From Opitutia bacterium (GTDB lineage: Bacteria > Verrucomicrobiota > Verrucomicrobiia > Opitutales > Seribacteraceae): a stretch of DNA of 35,519 bases. Position 1 is the stretch's first letter. Every line of letters begins with the position of its first letter. This document shows, piece after piece, positions 17,418 through 26,964 of the stretch. Location of the stretch: the NCBI GenBank assembly GCA_002692605.1, contig NZLE01000032.1:23639-59157 (forward strand), read 5' to 3'. The position numbers and the translations under genes were made by a program. The notes beneath the pieces were generated by a model. The model was not told the DNA's origin. It saw only the letters and a program-made list of their open reading frames with translations, and ran no database searches.

Positions 17418-18899
17418 ATGAAACTCACTCTCTCCCTCCTAAGCTTTTTCATAAGTTTATCCGTTTTTGCGAAGGAATTGCCTTTTGGCGCCAAGCCCAA
17501 CGTCATTCTCATGATTACTGACGACCAAGGCTACGGACCGATGGGCAAGCACGGTAATCCATGGATCAAAACGCCCCACTTGGACAAACTGCATGGCCAG
17601 AGCACCCGATTCGAGCGGTTTCTGGTTAGCCCCACCTGTTCACCCACCCGAGCCGCTCTCATGTCCGGCCGTCATCCGATGAAGAATGGAATTACCCACA
17701 CGATCCTAGAGCGCGAACGGATGGCTCTGAGCACGGTAACCCTTCCTCAAGTATTGGCGGAGGCCGGCTATGTTTCCGGGATTTTCGGGAAGTGGCACTT
17801 GGGAGACGAAGAACCCTATCAGCCCCACAAGCGTGGGTTTGACGAAGCCTTTATCCATGGAGCTGGAGGGATTGGTCAGTCCTTCAAGTGCTCCTGCGCA
17901 GACGTCCCTGGCAATAAGTATTTCGATCCGACCATCAGGCACAATGGTTCCTTCGTTAGGACCAAGGGGTATTGCACGGATTTGTTTTTCACCGCGGGCA
18001 TGGCATGGATAAAGAAGATCAAGGATACGGGAAAACCATTCTTCGCCTATATCACTACCAACGCCCCTCATGGACCGTTCATCGCTCCACCTCAAAATGC
18101 GAAACGATTCACGGATCTTGGTTTTTCCGAAAGGGATGCGGGTTTTTATGGAATGATCGAAAACATCGACGAGAACATGGGCAGGTTGATGAACAAACTC
18201 GATCAATGGAATCTGAGCCAAGATACCATTCTAATCTTTATGTCGGATAATGGCTCGGTTGGTTCAATGGTACGAGAAGGCTCCAAATTGGGCACCTCCG
18301 AGGACGGGAAGCCCATGGAAGGATTCAATGCGGGTATGAGGGGTTCCAAGGGTTCGCCTCACGAGGGTGGAGTCCGCGTTCCATTCCTCGTTCGCTGGCC
18401 TGGTAAATTCGCAGCAAACCAGGAGATAGAAAGGATTTCCGCTCACATTGACCTATTGCCGACTCTTGCTGACATTGCCGGAATAGAGAAGTTGCCCAAA
18501 GGCCAAGTCGAGGGCCGGAGTCTTGTTCCCCTACTCAAAAACCCCAAGGCGAAGTGGAAGGATCGCTACCTCTTTACTCAGGTTGCTCGATGGAAAACGG
18601 GATCCGAGCCAACGGATCGGATGTGGAAGGGTTTTGCGGTCAGAAACGAGAGGTATCGACTTGTGGAGAACAGCCTCTACGATATGAAAAATGATCCGGA
18701 TCAAACGGAGGACGTTTCGGAAAAGAATCCGGAAATGGTTCAAGCCATGCGGGCCGCCTACGAAAAATTCTGGAAGGAAGCTCGTCCCCTTATGGTCAAT
18801 GAGGATGTACCGATGTCCCCTACCCGCCCCTTTCATCTTTTGTACGCGGAGCAATTGGAGAAGGGAGGAATTCCGGATTGGAAATCCCCGAAACTTTGA
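17418..18899 (+). CDS. Exported arylsulfatase (S1)
   Basis: Signal peptide; NVILMITDDQGYG; TCSPTRAALMSG; GKWHLG; NAPHGP; SDNG; EGGVRVP. Confidence 0.95.
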   Translation: MKLTLSLLSFFISLSVFAKELPFGAKPNVILMITDDQGYGPMGKHGNPWIKTPHLDKLHGQSTRFERFLVSPTCSPTRAALMSGRHPMKNGITHTILERERMALSTVTLPQVLAEAGYVSGIFGKWHLGDEEPYQPHKRGFDEAFIHGAGGIGQSFKCSCADVPGNKYFDPTIRHNGSFVRTKGYCTDLFFTAGMAWIKKIKDTGKPFFAYITTNAPHGPFIAPPQNAKRFTDLGFSERDAGFYGMIENIDENMGRLMNKLDQWNLSQDTILIFMSDNGSVGSMVREGSKLGTSEDGKPMEGFNAGMRGSKGSPHEGGVRVPFLVRWPGKFAANQEIERISAHIDLLPTLADIAGIEKLPKGQVEGRSLVPLLKNPKAKWKDRYLFTQVARWKTGSEPTDRMWKGFAVRNERYRLVENSLYDMKNDPDQTEDVSEKNPEMVQAMRAAYEKFWKEARPLMVNEDVPMSPTRPFHLLYAEQLEKGGIPDWKSPKL

Positions 18900-18979
18900 T
18901 CTTCAAGCCTAGGAATTTACTCAAAACCTCTCCAAGCCATTTGGCGCGGTTGAGGATTTGACTCCCATCAATCCATTTG

Positions 18980-21802
18980 ATGAAATTACCCTACAGTCTC
19001 CTTATGCATGTCTTCTATCGATCTTTGGTTTTTTCATGTCTGAGCACGTATTTTTGCTTGAACTTGGCCGGAGAAGACGAGGGATTTCTTTTTTTTGAAA
19101 AAAAAATCAGACCGGTTTTCGCTCAACATTGCTATGAGTGCCATTCGGCAAAATCAGAAAAGCTCAAAGCCAATCTTTTGCTCGACCGCAAAGAGGGCTG
19201 GATACAAGGCGGAGACAGCGGGCCAGTGATCAATCCGGGAAAACCGGAAAACAGCATGTTGATGAAGGCGATTGGATACCATGACAATGATCTTCGTATG
19301 CCTCCGAATAGAAAATTGCCGGCTGAGGCAATTCGTGACATCGAGAATTGGATCGCCATGGGAGCTCCGGATCCGAGAAACGAACCGATTGGTGAAGACC
19401 TTGGGAAAGATCTTCTTCGGGCAAAAGCCCCGGAGGAAGGAAGAAAGTATTGGGCCTTTAGGCCTCTTTCGGCTCCTGTTATCCCAAGCATCGAAAATCA
19501 AAATTGGCCAGCCGACCCGTTGGACCACTTCCTTTTGGCGAAATTGGAAGATCAGGGTTTAAGACCGGCTCAACCAGCGGATAGACAAGTACTGATGAGA
19601 AGAATCCATTTTGACTTGATCGGTCTTCCCCCAAGTCCCGAGCAAATCGAAGATTTTCTAGCGGATTCGGACCCTGACGCGTTTTCCAAGGTGGTCGATG
19701 GATTGCTTGCATCCGTAAGTTTTGGGGAGCGGTGGGGGCGGCATTGGTTGGATGTGGCCCGATATGCCGACACGACTGGAGGAGGAAGAAACAAACCCTT
19801 CCCCAATGCCTCTCTTTACCGAGAGTATGTAATAAACAGTTACAACGAAGACAAACCTTTCGATCGGTTCGTAAGAGAGCAAATTGCCGGTGATTTGCTC
19901 CATTCCTCGACGGATCGGGAATCCAATGAAAACCTCACCGCTCTGGGATTCATGGCCTTAGGTCCGCACAATTACGAACTGCAGGACAAGGAGCTCTTGC
20001 GCATGGAGATCGTGGATGAACAAATGAGCTCGGTGGGCAGGGCGTTCTTGGGGGTAACGATGGGATGCGCCCGTTGCCATGATCATCCCTTTGATCCGAT
20101 TCCGACCTCCGAATATTATGCCCTGGCGGGAATTTTCAGAAGTACGAATAGCATGGTAATGGGTAATGTGGCGAATTTCGTGGAGCGGGAATTGAAGGAT
20201 GGGCATGACGGGGAGAGAAAAATACACGCGAAGCGGCAAAAAGCTTTGGAAGAGAAATTGAAGAATGCGGAGTCGAAGCTAAAGAAGCTCGTTTTACCGA
20301 GTGATTCGATGGGGATTTTGGTTGATGATTCGGATGCCGATCTCGTTGGAGAATGGAAGAAATCAACTTTCGTCAAAGGATACCAAGGCTTGGGATATAT
20401 CCACGACGCGGCAGAAGGGAAAGGGCGTAAAAAAGTCGTTTTCCCTGCCAATATCAAGCGGTCGGGTATCTACGAAATACAATTTTCCTACACGAGCGGA
20501 CCCAATCGTTCGAAAAGCACCCCGGTAAGCGTCTTTCATCGTAAGGGAGTGAAAAAAGTAATGGTCGATCAAACAAAGCCACCTTCCATTCATGGAAGCT
20601 TTGTTTCTTTGGGAACTTTCCCATTCGAGACGGGAAAGCGTAAGGTCGTAACCGTTTCGAATGAAGCCACTTCCGGAAACGTGATCGTTGATGCCATCCG
20701 TCTGGTGCCCCAATTCGATTCCAAGGAGGCGCATGCTCTCAACCAAAAGGCTGAGCGGAATCTTGGCTTGGAGAGGGAGAGAATGCAATTGCAAATCATG
20801 GAACTTAAGCAAAGCATCGAGCTTCACAAAAAGCATTCACCGCCCCAGGTCGTAAAGGTGATGTCTGTAAGCGAACGCGAAGAAGCCGGAGATTGGCATA
20901 TTCATTTGAGAGGAGGAATACGAAATTTGGGTCCGGTGGTGAAGAGGGGCTTTCTTGCCGTCGCGACTCCAGTCAGTCGTTCTCCCGCACCCGATATTCC
21001 CGCGGGCGCAAGCGGAAGATTGCAACTCGCAGACTGGGTGGCATCTACCGAGAACCCATTGACGGCGCGGGTTTACGTGAATCGAGTTTGGCATCACCTT
21101 TTCGGACGAGGTATCGTTCGGAGTACGGATAATTTTGGAGAAATGGGTGACCGGCCCAGTCATCCGAAATTGTTGGATCATTTGGCGGAAAGTTTTATCC
21201 GAAACGGTTGGTCGACAAAGGAATTGGTTCGGAAAATCGTGCATTCGAAGGCATATCGGATGGCTTCGAACGGAAATGCCAAGGCAGAAAGAAACGATCC
21301 GGAGAATCAACTGTTTTCTCGTCAAAACCGCCGTCGACTTGAGGCAGAAGCAATCCGTGACGCAATTCTTACCGCAAGCGGTCGATTGGTTCCTTCCCGA
21401 ACAAATCCGAACTTAGCCCGCTCCATTTTTTTGAAAATTGACCGCAATCAAATCCCAGAAATGTTCAATGTCTTCGATTATCCCAATCCAGGCGTGGTTT
21501 CTGGTAAACGGAACGTCAGTTCGGTGCCAACCCAAGCCTTGTTCATGTTGAACAGCAAATTTGTTCTCGATGAAACGAAGGCAACGGCCGAAAGGATTCT
21601 TGCCGCGAGCGAGGAAATGGAAGATATGCAGAGAATTGAACTGGCTTACAGACTCTGCCTCGGAAGACAACCCACAAGGGAAGAGAGGTCTTTGGCTCTT
21701 GCCTATCTTGACAAAAGCAGAGGCGAAGTCAGTGAAGTGGATTCTTGGAGCGGACTTATACATGGATTATTTGCCTGCATTGACTTTTTTTATTTAAACT
21801 GA
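18980..21802 (+). CDS. Planctomycete cytochrome c (PSCyt1) + DUF1549 + golvesin/xanthan-lyase-CBM-like insert + DUF1553 (PSD1) protein
   Basis: FFEKKIRPVFAQHCYECH; WIAMGAPDPR; DLIGLPP; FGERWGRHWLDVARYADT; GCARCHDH; NPLTARVYVNRVWHHLFGRG; RRLEAEAIRD; PTQALFMLN. The start could instead be 18977 or 19004. Confidence 0.9.
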   Translation: MKLPYSLLMHVFYRSLVFSCLSTYFCLNLAGEDEGFLFFEKKIRPVFAQHCYECHSAKSEKLKANLLLDRKEGWIQGGDSGPVINPGKPENSMLMKAIGYHDNDLRMPPNRKLPAEAIRDIENWIAMGAPDPRNEPIGEDLGKDLLRAKAPEEGRKYWAFRPLSAPVIPSIENQNWPADPLDHFLLAKLEDQGLRPAQPADRQVLMRRIHFDLIGLPPSPEQIEDFLADSDPDAFSKVVDGLLASVSFGERWGRHWLDVARYADTTGGGRNKPFPNASLYREYVINSYNEDKPFDRFVREQIAGDLLHSSTDRESNENLTALGFMALGPHNYELQDKELLRMEIVDEQMSSVGRAFLGVTMGCARCHDHPFDPIPTSEYYALAGIFRSTNSMVMGNVANFVERELKDGHDGERKIHAKRQKALEEKLKNAESKLKKLVLPSDSMGILVDDSDADLVGEWKKSTFVKGYQGLGYIHDAAEGKGRKKVVFPANIKRSGIYEIQFSYTSGPNRSKSTPVSVFHRKGVKKVMVDQTKPPSIHGSFVSLGTFPFETGKRKVVTVSNEATSGNVIVDAIRLVPQFDSKEAHALNQKAERNLGLERERMQLQIMELKQSIELHKKHSPPQVVKVMSVSEREEAGDWHIHLRGGIRNLGPVVKRGFLAVATPVSRSPAPDIPAGASGRLQLADWVASTENPLTARVYVNRVWHHLFGRGIVRSTDNFGEMGDRPSHPKLLDHLAESFIRNGWSTKELVRKIVHSKAYRMASNGNAKAERNDPENQLFSRQNRRRLEAEAIRDAILTASGRLVPSRTNPNLARSIFLKIDRNQIPEMFNVFDYPNPGVVSGKRNVSSVPTQALFMLNSKFVLDETKATAERILAASEEMEDMQRIELAYRLCLGRQPTREERSLALAYLDKSRGEVSEVDSWSGLIHGLFACIDFFYLN

Positions 21803-21818
21803 TGAGCTTGGGGTTGTC

Positions 21819-23228
21819 ATGATTCATACCGAAATGACTCGTCGCTCCATGCTCAGGAACGCAGCCTGTGGTTTTGGTTCTCTTGCATTTGCAGGAATGC
21901 AGGACAGTTTCGGATTGTCCGCGAATCCGTTGGCAGCGAAAACTTCAAGATTTCCTCAACGAGCCAAACGCGTGATTTTCATTTTCATGGCGGGTGGTCC
22001 GAGCCACCTTGACACTTTTGACTATAAGCCGGAACTCTATGCCAAGGACGGTAAGGAAATTGATTTTGTTGGGGTGCGTACCGGAACATTTGGCAAGAAG
22101 GACAAACGGAAACTGATGAAGCCACTTTGGGATTTTAAGAGATATGGACAAAGCGGTAGATACGTTTCTTCCCTTTTCCCGCACATTGCCGAACAGGTGG
22201 ATGATTTAGCCTTTATCCATTCGATGCACACCGAGGGCGTGGCTCATGGTCCTTCAACACTCTTTATGCATACCGGGGCGACGAATCTGGTGCGACCTTC
22301 AATGGGAAGTTGGATCTCTTATGGCCTGGGAACTGAAAATGAAAATTTGCCTGCATTCGTAACCATCGCACCTTCCGCCAGCAAGGGTGGCCCGCGAAAT
22401 TATGGAAACTCGTTCCTGCCTTCCATTCATCAGGGTACGGCACTCGGAAGAGCAGGTAGTGTCGCTGAAGCGAAAATAAGGAATATCGAAAACGCGATGC
22501 TGAGTGATTCCCAAAGACGGCAACGATTTGAGTTTTTGCAAAGTATGAATTCGGAGCAAGCGAAGGGAGTGGCGAACGATGATCGCATGGAAGCGACCAT
22601 CAAGAGTTATGAACTGGCTTGGCGTATGCAAATGGAGGCGCCCGAGTTAACCGATCTGAACGGTGAAACCAAGGCTACCCGGAAACTTTACGGAATCGAT
22701 GAGAAGGAAACCTCTTATTTTGGCAAGCAATGCTTGCTTGCGCGAAGAATGGTGGAAAGAGGAGTTCGTTTCGTGAGCGTCAATTACTCGGACGAATCAA
22801 ACAATCCTCGATGGGATCAACATAGCAATTTGCACAAACATGCCATTCACGCCAAGGCCACCGACAAACCTGTTGCGGGTTTGCTCAAGGATCTCAAGGC
22901 TCGCGGTCTTTTGGAAGATACCTTGGTTTGGTGGGGGGGAGAGTTCGGAAGGACTCCTTTCTCTCAAAACAAAAACGGTCGAGATCACAACCCAAGAGGC
23001 TTTACGGTTTTTCTTGCAGGAGGTGGCGTTCGGCCCGGAATCGCCTATGGGTCTACGGATGAAATCGGAGGTGTGGCTGTGGATGAACGCGTGCACATGC
23101 ATGATCTGCATGCAACGATCCTGCACCTTCTGGGAATTGATCATGAGGAACTCACCTATCGATATTCCGGAAGGGATTTCAGGTTGACGGACGTTCACGG
23201 CAAGGTGGTGAGTGACCTTTTTGCATAA
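21819..23228 (+). CDS. DUF1501 family protein with a Tat signal
   Basis: TRRSMLRNAACGFGSLA twin-arginine signal; AKRVIFIFMAGGPSHLDTFDYKP; WDQH; GEFGRTP; GRDHNP; HDLHATILHLLG. Confidence 0.92.
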   Translation: MIHTEMTRRSMLRNAACGFGSLAFAGMQDSFGLSANPLAAKTSRFPQRAKRVIFIFMAGGPSHLDTFDYKPELYAKDGKEIDFVGVRTGTFGKKDKRKLMKPLWDFKRYGQSGRYVSSLFPHIAEQVDDLAFIHSMHTEGVAHGPSTLFMHTGATNLVRPSMGSWISYGLGTENENLPAFVTIAPSASKGGPRNYGNSFLPSIHQGTALGRAGSVAEAKIRNIENAMLSDSQRRQRFEFLQSMNSEQAKGVANDDRMEATIKSYELAWRMQMEAPELTDLNGETKATRKLYGIDEKETSYFGKQCLLARRMVERGVRFVSVNYSDESNNPRWDQHSNLHKHAIHAKATDKPVAGLLKDLKARGLLEDTLVWWGGEFGRTPFSQNKNGRDHNPRGFTVFLAGGGVRPGIAYGSTDEIGGVAVDERVHMHDLHATILHLLGIDHEELTYRYSGRDFRLTDVHGKVVSDLFA

Positions 23229-23314
23229 TGCGCTAGCGCTAGATTTTTTTGCCAAAACTTACGGTTCAACTTGAGAAAGGGAGAACCCAATATCCAACAA
23301 CTCAATCTTCTCCA

Positions 23315-24250
23315 ATGAAAACAGCCTTTGCATTCCTTTTTTTCTTATGCATTTCCCAAAGTTCCATGCAAGCCGATCGATTGGTTCTGGTTTCCGCCTC
23401 CTATGGAAAAAACATACTGGCGCTAACCAATGCCGAAGGTGACGTTCTCTGGTCTCATCGAACCGCTGGTCCGCAACGGGGTCATGCAGGACATCACGAC
23501 GTGCACTTGCTCGCAAATGGAAACATTCTCTACCACGATACTTGGACAACCCTGAAGGAGATCAACTTGGCAAAGAAGGAGGTTTGGAGTTATGATTGCG
23601 GCAACAGCAACGGAAATGCCGGAAAACCCGTGGGCGTTCATGCGTTTGGTCGCTTACTCAATGGAAACACCCGAATTGTGGAGAGCAAGGCAGGTCGTGT
23701 GATCGAGGTCAACCGAGATGGCATGCTGATCCGTTCCTTTCCTCTCAAACCCGGCGGGACTCAGAGTTCAAGATGGGCTCGTGAAACCAATCAGGGAACT
23801 TATCTCGTCTGCTCGGAACAACCCGGAGTGGTGACCGAGTACGACCTTAAGACGGGTAAGGTAGTTTGGGAATACCTTATTAAAACTCGGGTGTATGGTG
23901 CGATTCGTTTGCGCAATGGCAATACTCTCATCGCTTCGGGAAGTGGAAATAGCGTGGTGGAGGTAACTCCGGATAAGAAGGTGGTTTGGGAAATCAAGGA
24001 CAAGGTGCCGGGAACGGAAATAAACCTAAAGTGGACGACCTGTCTGCAGGAGACGGATAACGGAAACTTCATTGTGGGTAATTGTCATGCCGGACCCGAT
24101 AACCCTCAAATTTTTGAAATTACCCGACAAAAGGAAATTGTCTGGGAATTCAACGAGTGGGATTTGGTCGGCAACGGATTGGCTTGTTGGCAGGTGATCG
24201 AAGGAGAGCAATCCAGAAGACTTCTAAAGAGACTCAATGGATTGCCTTAA
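23315..24250 (+). CDS. Secreted beta-propeller (PQQ-like/arylsulfotransferase-like repeats), function unknown
   Basis: Start reassigned to ATG 23315 (MKTAFAFLFFLCISQSSMQA); repeated L.NGN.L / V.EV...[KG].VVWE blades. Confidence 0.7.
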   Translation: MKTAFAFLFFLCISQSSMQADRLVLVSASYGKNILALTNAEGDVLWSHRTAGPQRGHAGHHDVHLLANGNILYHDTWTTLKEINLAKKEVWSYDCGNSNGNAGKPVGVHAFGRLLNGNTRIVESKAGRVIEVNRDGMLIRSFPLKPGGTQSSRWARETNQGTYLVCSEQPGVVTEYDLKTGKVVWEYLIKTRVYGAIRLRNGNTLIASGSGNSVVEVTPDKKVVWEIKDKVPGTEINLKWTTCLQETDNGNFIVGNCHAGPDNPQIFEITRQKEIVWEFNEWDLVGNGLACWQVIEGEQSRRLLKRLNGLP

Positions 24251-24283
24251 GCTCAAGGAGGTCATTTCCAAAAGCTTAAGTGC

Positions 24284-24312
24284 TTGCAAGAATGCCCTTC
24301 AAATGCTAGTCC
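24284..24312 (+). promoter_or_regulatory. Putative sigma70 promoter of the rplY operon
   Basis: TTGCAA-17 nt-TAGTCC with TG at the extended -10 position, followed by a pyrimidine-rich leader without a Shine-Dalgarno sequence. Confidence 0.45.
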
Positions 24313-24346
24313 TGATCGCTTTCCCTTTTTTTTACCCTCTTTTATC

Positions 24347-25033
24347 ATGTCAGAATTAAGTGAACTTACTCTTAAGTTTTCTCTTCGTGAGAATACAGGA
24401 CGAAATGCATGTAGGCAAATGCGTGCTTCCGGACGCATTCCAGCAATCCTTTACGGCAAGGAACTCAACAAATCTTTGAGCGTGGACGATAAGGAAATGC
24501 GCATGCTTTTGAGACAAGCCTCGGGAACCAGCTCGCTTATGCGACTGATCGGGGATCAAGGGGAAGATGAACTTGTTCTGATCAAGGAGATGCAGAAGGA
24601 TCACATCAAGGATCGGATTTTGCACATCGATTTCATACAAGTTACCAGAGGAGAGGATTTGCAGACACGAGTCCCACTCGTTCTGATCGGCGACGCGGAG
24701 GGAGTGAAGACAAGTGGTGGTATTTTGGAGGTACTGGCGAATGACATAGAGATTCGTTGTCGCCCAAGTAATTTACCCTCTCAAATCGAACTGGATATTT
24801 CCTCTCTTGCCCTGGGTGAGAACCTTCAGGTGAAGGATTTGCCGGAAGTGGATGGTGTGACTTTCGTCACTCCCGAAGACTCGATGATCGTTTCCTGTGT
24901 CGGTAGCGCAAGCGGAAGATCGGATGCGGAGGAGGAAGGTGACGTCCCAACGGATGAATCCGAGGCAAGCGAAGAAGAGGCTACCGAAGAGTCCAGCGAG
25001 GAAGAAACCGCAAGCGAGGAAGAATCCTCCTAG
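24347..25033 (+). CDS. rplY: 50S ribosomal protein bL25 (Ctc form) with an acidic tail
   Basis: RQMRASGRIPAILYG; ILHIDF; VPLVLIGDAEGVKTSGGIL; Glu/Ser-rich tail; start ATG 24347. Confidence 0.96.
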   Translation: MSELSELTLKFSLRENTGRNACRQMRASGRIPAILYGKELNKSLSVDDKEMRMLLRQASGTSSLMRLIGDQGEDELVLIKEMQKDHIKDRILHIDFIQVTRGEDLQTRVPLVLIGDAEGVKTSGGILEVLANDIEIRCRPSNLPSQIELDISSLALGENLQVKDLPEVDGVTFVTPEDSMIVSCVGSASGRSDAEEEGDVPTDESEASEEEATEESSEEETASEEESS

Positions 25034-25061
25034 AAAAATTTCCTAACCCATTCGATGATCA

Positions 25062-25652
25062 GTGGCTCAAAATGCGATTATCGGACTTGGCAATCCTGGG
25101 GATTGTTATCAAAACACCCGCCACAACATAGGTTTTTGGCTTCTTGAGGAATTGGCCAAAAGCAGGGGTTTAACCTTCAAGTCAAAATCAAAATTCAATG
25201 CCCTAACCGCCAGTTTGGTGATGCAGGAGAAATCATATTTATTGGTGAAACCAATGACTTACATGAACGAAAGTGGAAGATTTCTGAAGAGTCTTCTTGC
25301 CTACTCAAATTGTCCTTCGGAATCTGTGATTTTGGTTCACGATGACATTACCTTGCCCATCGGTGGAATGAAGGTGTCCAATTCAAAAGGTCATGGGGGG
25401 CATAATGGGGTTCGGAGCGTGATGCATGCTCTGGGCACCTCCTTGGTTCGCTTGCGTTTGGGAGTAGGTCCAAACCCCAACGCCTTGAATTCACTCGCGA
25501 GCTATGTCCTGTCCGCATTTAATTCCGATGAATTGGAGAAATTGAACGACCGTAAGGATTATTTCATAACCGCCCTCCTTAAGATAGTTGACGAAGGCGT
25601 CGATTCCGCCATGAATCTATTCAACAAAAACCTCAAAACGAACACACCCTAA
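25062..25652 (+). CDS. pth: Peptidyl-tRNA hydrolase
   Basis: IGLGNPG; TRHNIG; KPMTYMNESG; HDD; GHGGHNG. Confidence 0.97.
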   Translation: MAQNAIIGLGNPGDCYQNTRHNIGFWLLEELAKSRGLTFKSKSKFNALTASLVMQEKSYLLVKPMTYMNESGRFLKSLLAYSNCPSESVILVHDDITLPIGGMKVSNSKGHGGHNGVRSVMHALGTSLVRLRLGVGPNPNALNSLASYVLSAFNSDELEKLNDRKDYFITALLKIVDEGVDSAMNLFNKNLKTNTP

Positions 25653-25942
25653 TGAGCAAAAAGAACTACTTAGCAACGATAGTCTGCGACCCTCGAGGAG
25701 CGGACGGTTCCTCGGACGAGATGATCCCAAAACTCAGTGAGATTATCCGGGATTCGGATGGAGAAGTTACCAAAGTTGAAAACTTGGGCACTCATGACTT
25801 TGCCTACCCGCAACAAAAGCAAATGCATTCGGGCGTTTACCTCCAATTTGAAATTTCCGCAGGCCCTTCCATGCCGGACCGGCTTAAGGAAAAACTTAAG
25901 TTGGAGAAAAAGATTGATCGTATTCTGATCGAATGCCACTAA
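25652..25942 (+). CDS. rpsF: 30S ribosomal protein bS6
   Basis: 96 aa; NY..., GEVTKVENLG...FAYP...GVY pattern; lies between pth and ssb. Confidence 0.88.
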   Translation: MSKKNYLATIVCDPRGADGSSDEMIPKLSEIIRDSDGEVTKVENLGTHDFAYPQQKQMHSGVYLQFEISAGPSMPDRLKEKLKLEKKIDRILIECH

Positions 25943-25975
25943 TTGTCCTCCTTATCTCTTTCTATCCCTTCGCTC

Positions 25976-26446
25976 ATGGCCTCACTCAATAAAGTTCTTC
26001 TCATTGGAAACCTAACCCGAGACCCGGAAGTTCGCATGATGTCGAATGGAAGACCCGTTTGTAACTTTGGTTTGGCCCTCAATCGTTCCTACAAGGATTC
26101 GGATGGAAACCGCAAAGAGGAGACCACTTTCGTCGACGTAGAGTGCTTCGGTCCGAGAGCCGAAGCCGTAGGCAGGTTTTTTTCCAAGGGTCGCTCCATT
26201 TTCATCGAGGGTCGGCTAAAACTGGATCAGTGGGAATCGAAAGAGGGAGAAAAAAGAAGTGCACTGCGAGTGGTTCTGGATAATTTCGAATTCGTCGATT
26301 CGAAGCAAGACGGTCCTGGAGCAGCAGTCCGAGCTTCGGAAAATTCGAACCCGTCGCAAACCGAAGGAAAGGTTAACGAACCCGAAGCCACTTCTCAACA
26401 AACGCCACAAAATGATCCGGACTTGGACGAAGACGTCCCATTTTAA
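25976..26446 (+). CDS. ssb: Single-stranded DNA-binding protein
   Basis: MASLNKVLLIGNLTRDPE; IEGRL; C-terminal DEDVPF. Confidence 0.97.
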   Translation: MASLNKVLLIGNLTRDPEVRMMSNGRPVCNFGLALNRSYKDSDGNRKEETTFVDVECFGPRAEAVGRFFSKGRSIFIEGRLKLDQWESKEGEKRSALRVVLDNFEFVDSKQDGPGAAVRASENSNPSQTEGKVNEPEATSQQTPQNDPDLDEDVPF

Positions 26447-26464
26447 CCTCAAACACCCAGAAAA

Positions 26465-26938
26465 ATGCCACAGACAGAAGTTTTGTTAATCGAGCACATG
26501 GAAAAGCTTGGATCCGAAGGCGACATCGTAAAAGTGCGCCCCGGTTATGCTCGAAATTACCTTATACCACGCCAAAAGGCTCTACCTTTGAATCTTGCCA
26601 ACAAGAAAAGGTTGGAGTCCTTGAAGGTCGCTCGAGCTGCTCGCGAAACTGAAGATTTGCAAAAGGCCCAGGAAATCGGTGAAAAATTGAGTAAGGTTTC
26701 ACTCGCTGTAGCCGTCAAAACGGGTGCCGGAGGAAAGCTTTTCGGCTCTGTCACATCTATGCATATTCTTGAAAAACTTGAGGAGAAAGGGTTTAACTTG
26801 GATAAGCGTCATCTTTCAAACTTTTCTCCAATCAAAGAATTGGGCGTGAATAAGGTCGCTGTGAAAATTCACAATGATGTTGAAACTGAAATAGCCGTTG
26901 AGGTGGTCTCGGAAAACCCCATAGAAGACAGCGAATAA
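26465..26938 (+). CDS. rplI: 50S ribosomal protein bL9
   Basis: LGSEGDIVKVRPGYARNYLIP; GKLFGSVT. Confidence 0.97.
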   Translation: MPQTEVLLIEHMEKLGSEGDIVKVRPGYARNYLIPRQKALPLNLANKKRLESLKVARAARETEDLQKAQEIGEKLSKVSLAVAVKTGAGGKLFGSVTSMHILEKLEEKGFNLDKRHLSNFSPIKELGVNKVAVKIHNDVETEIAVEVVSENPIEDSE

Positions 26939-26964
26939 GACTTTCTTGAGGAGATTTCGTTTTA

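Noticed and set aside
24925-25030. GAA/GAG-rich quasi-repeats
   Set aside because: They encode the ordinary low-complexity acidic tail of Ctc-type bL25; not a tandem repeat or CRISPR array
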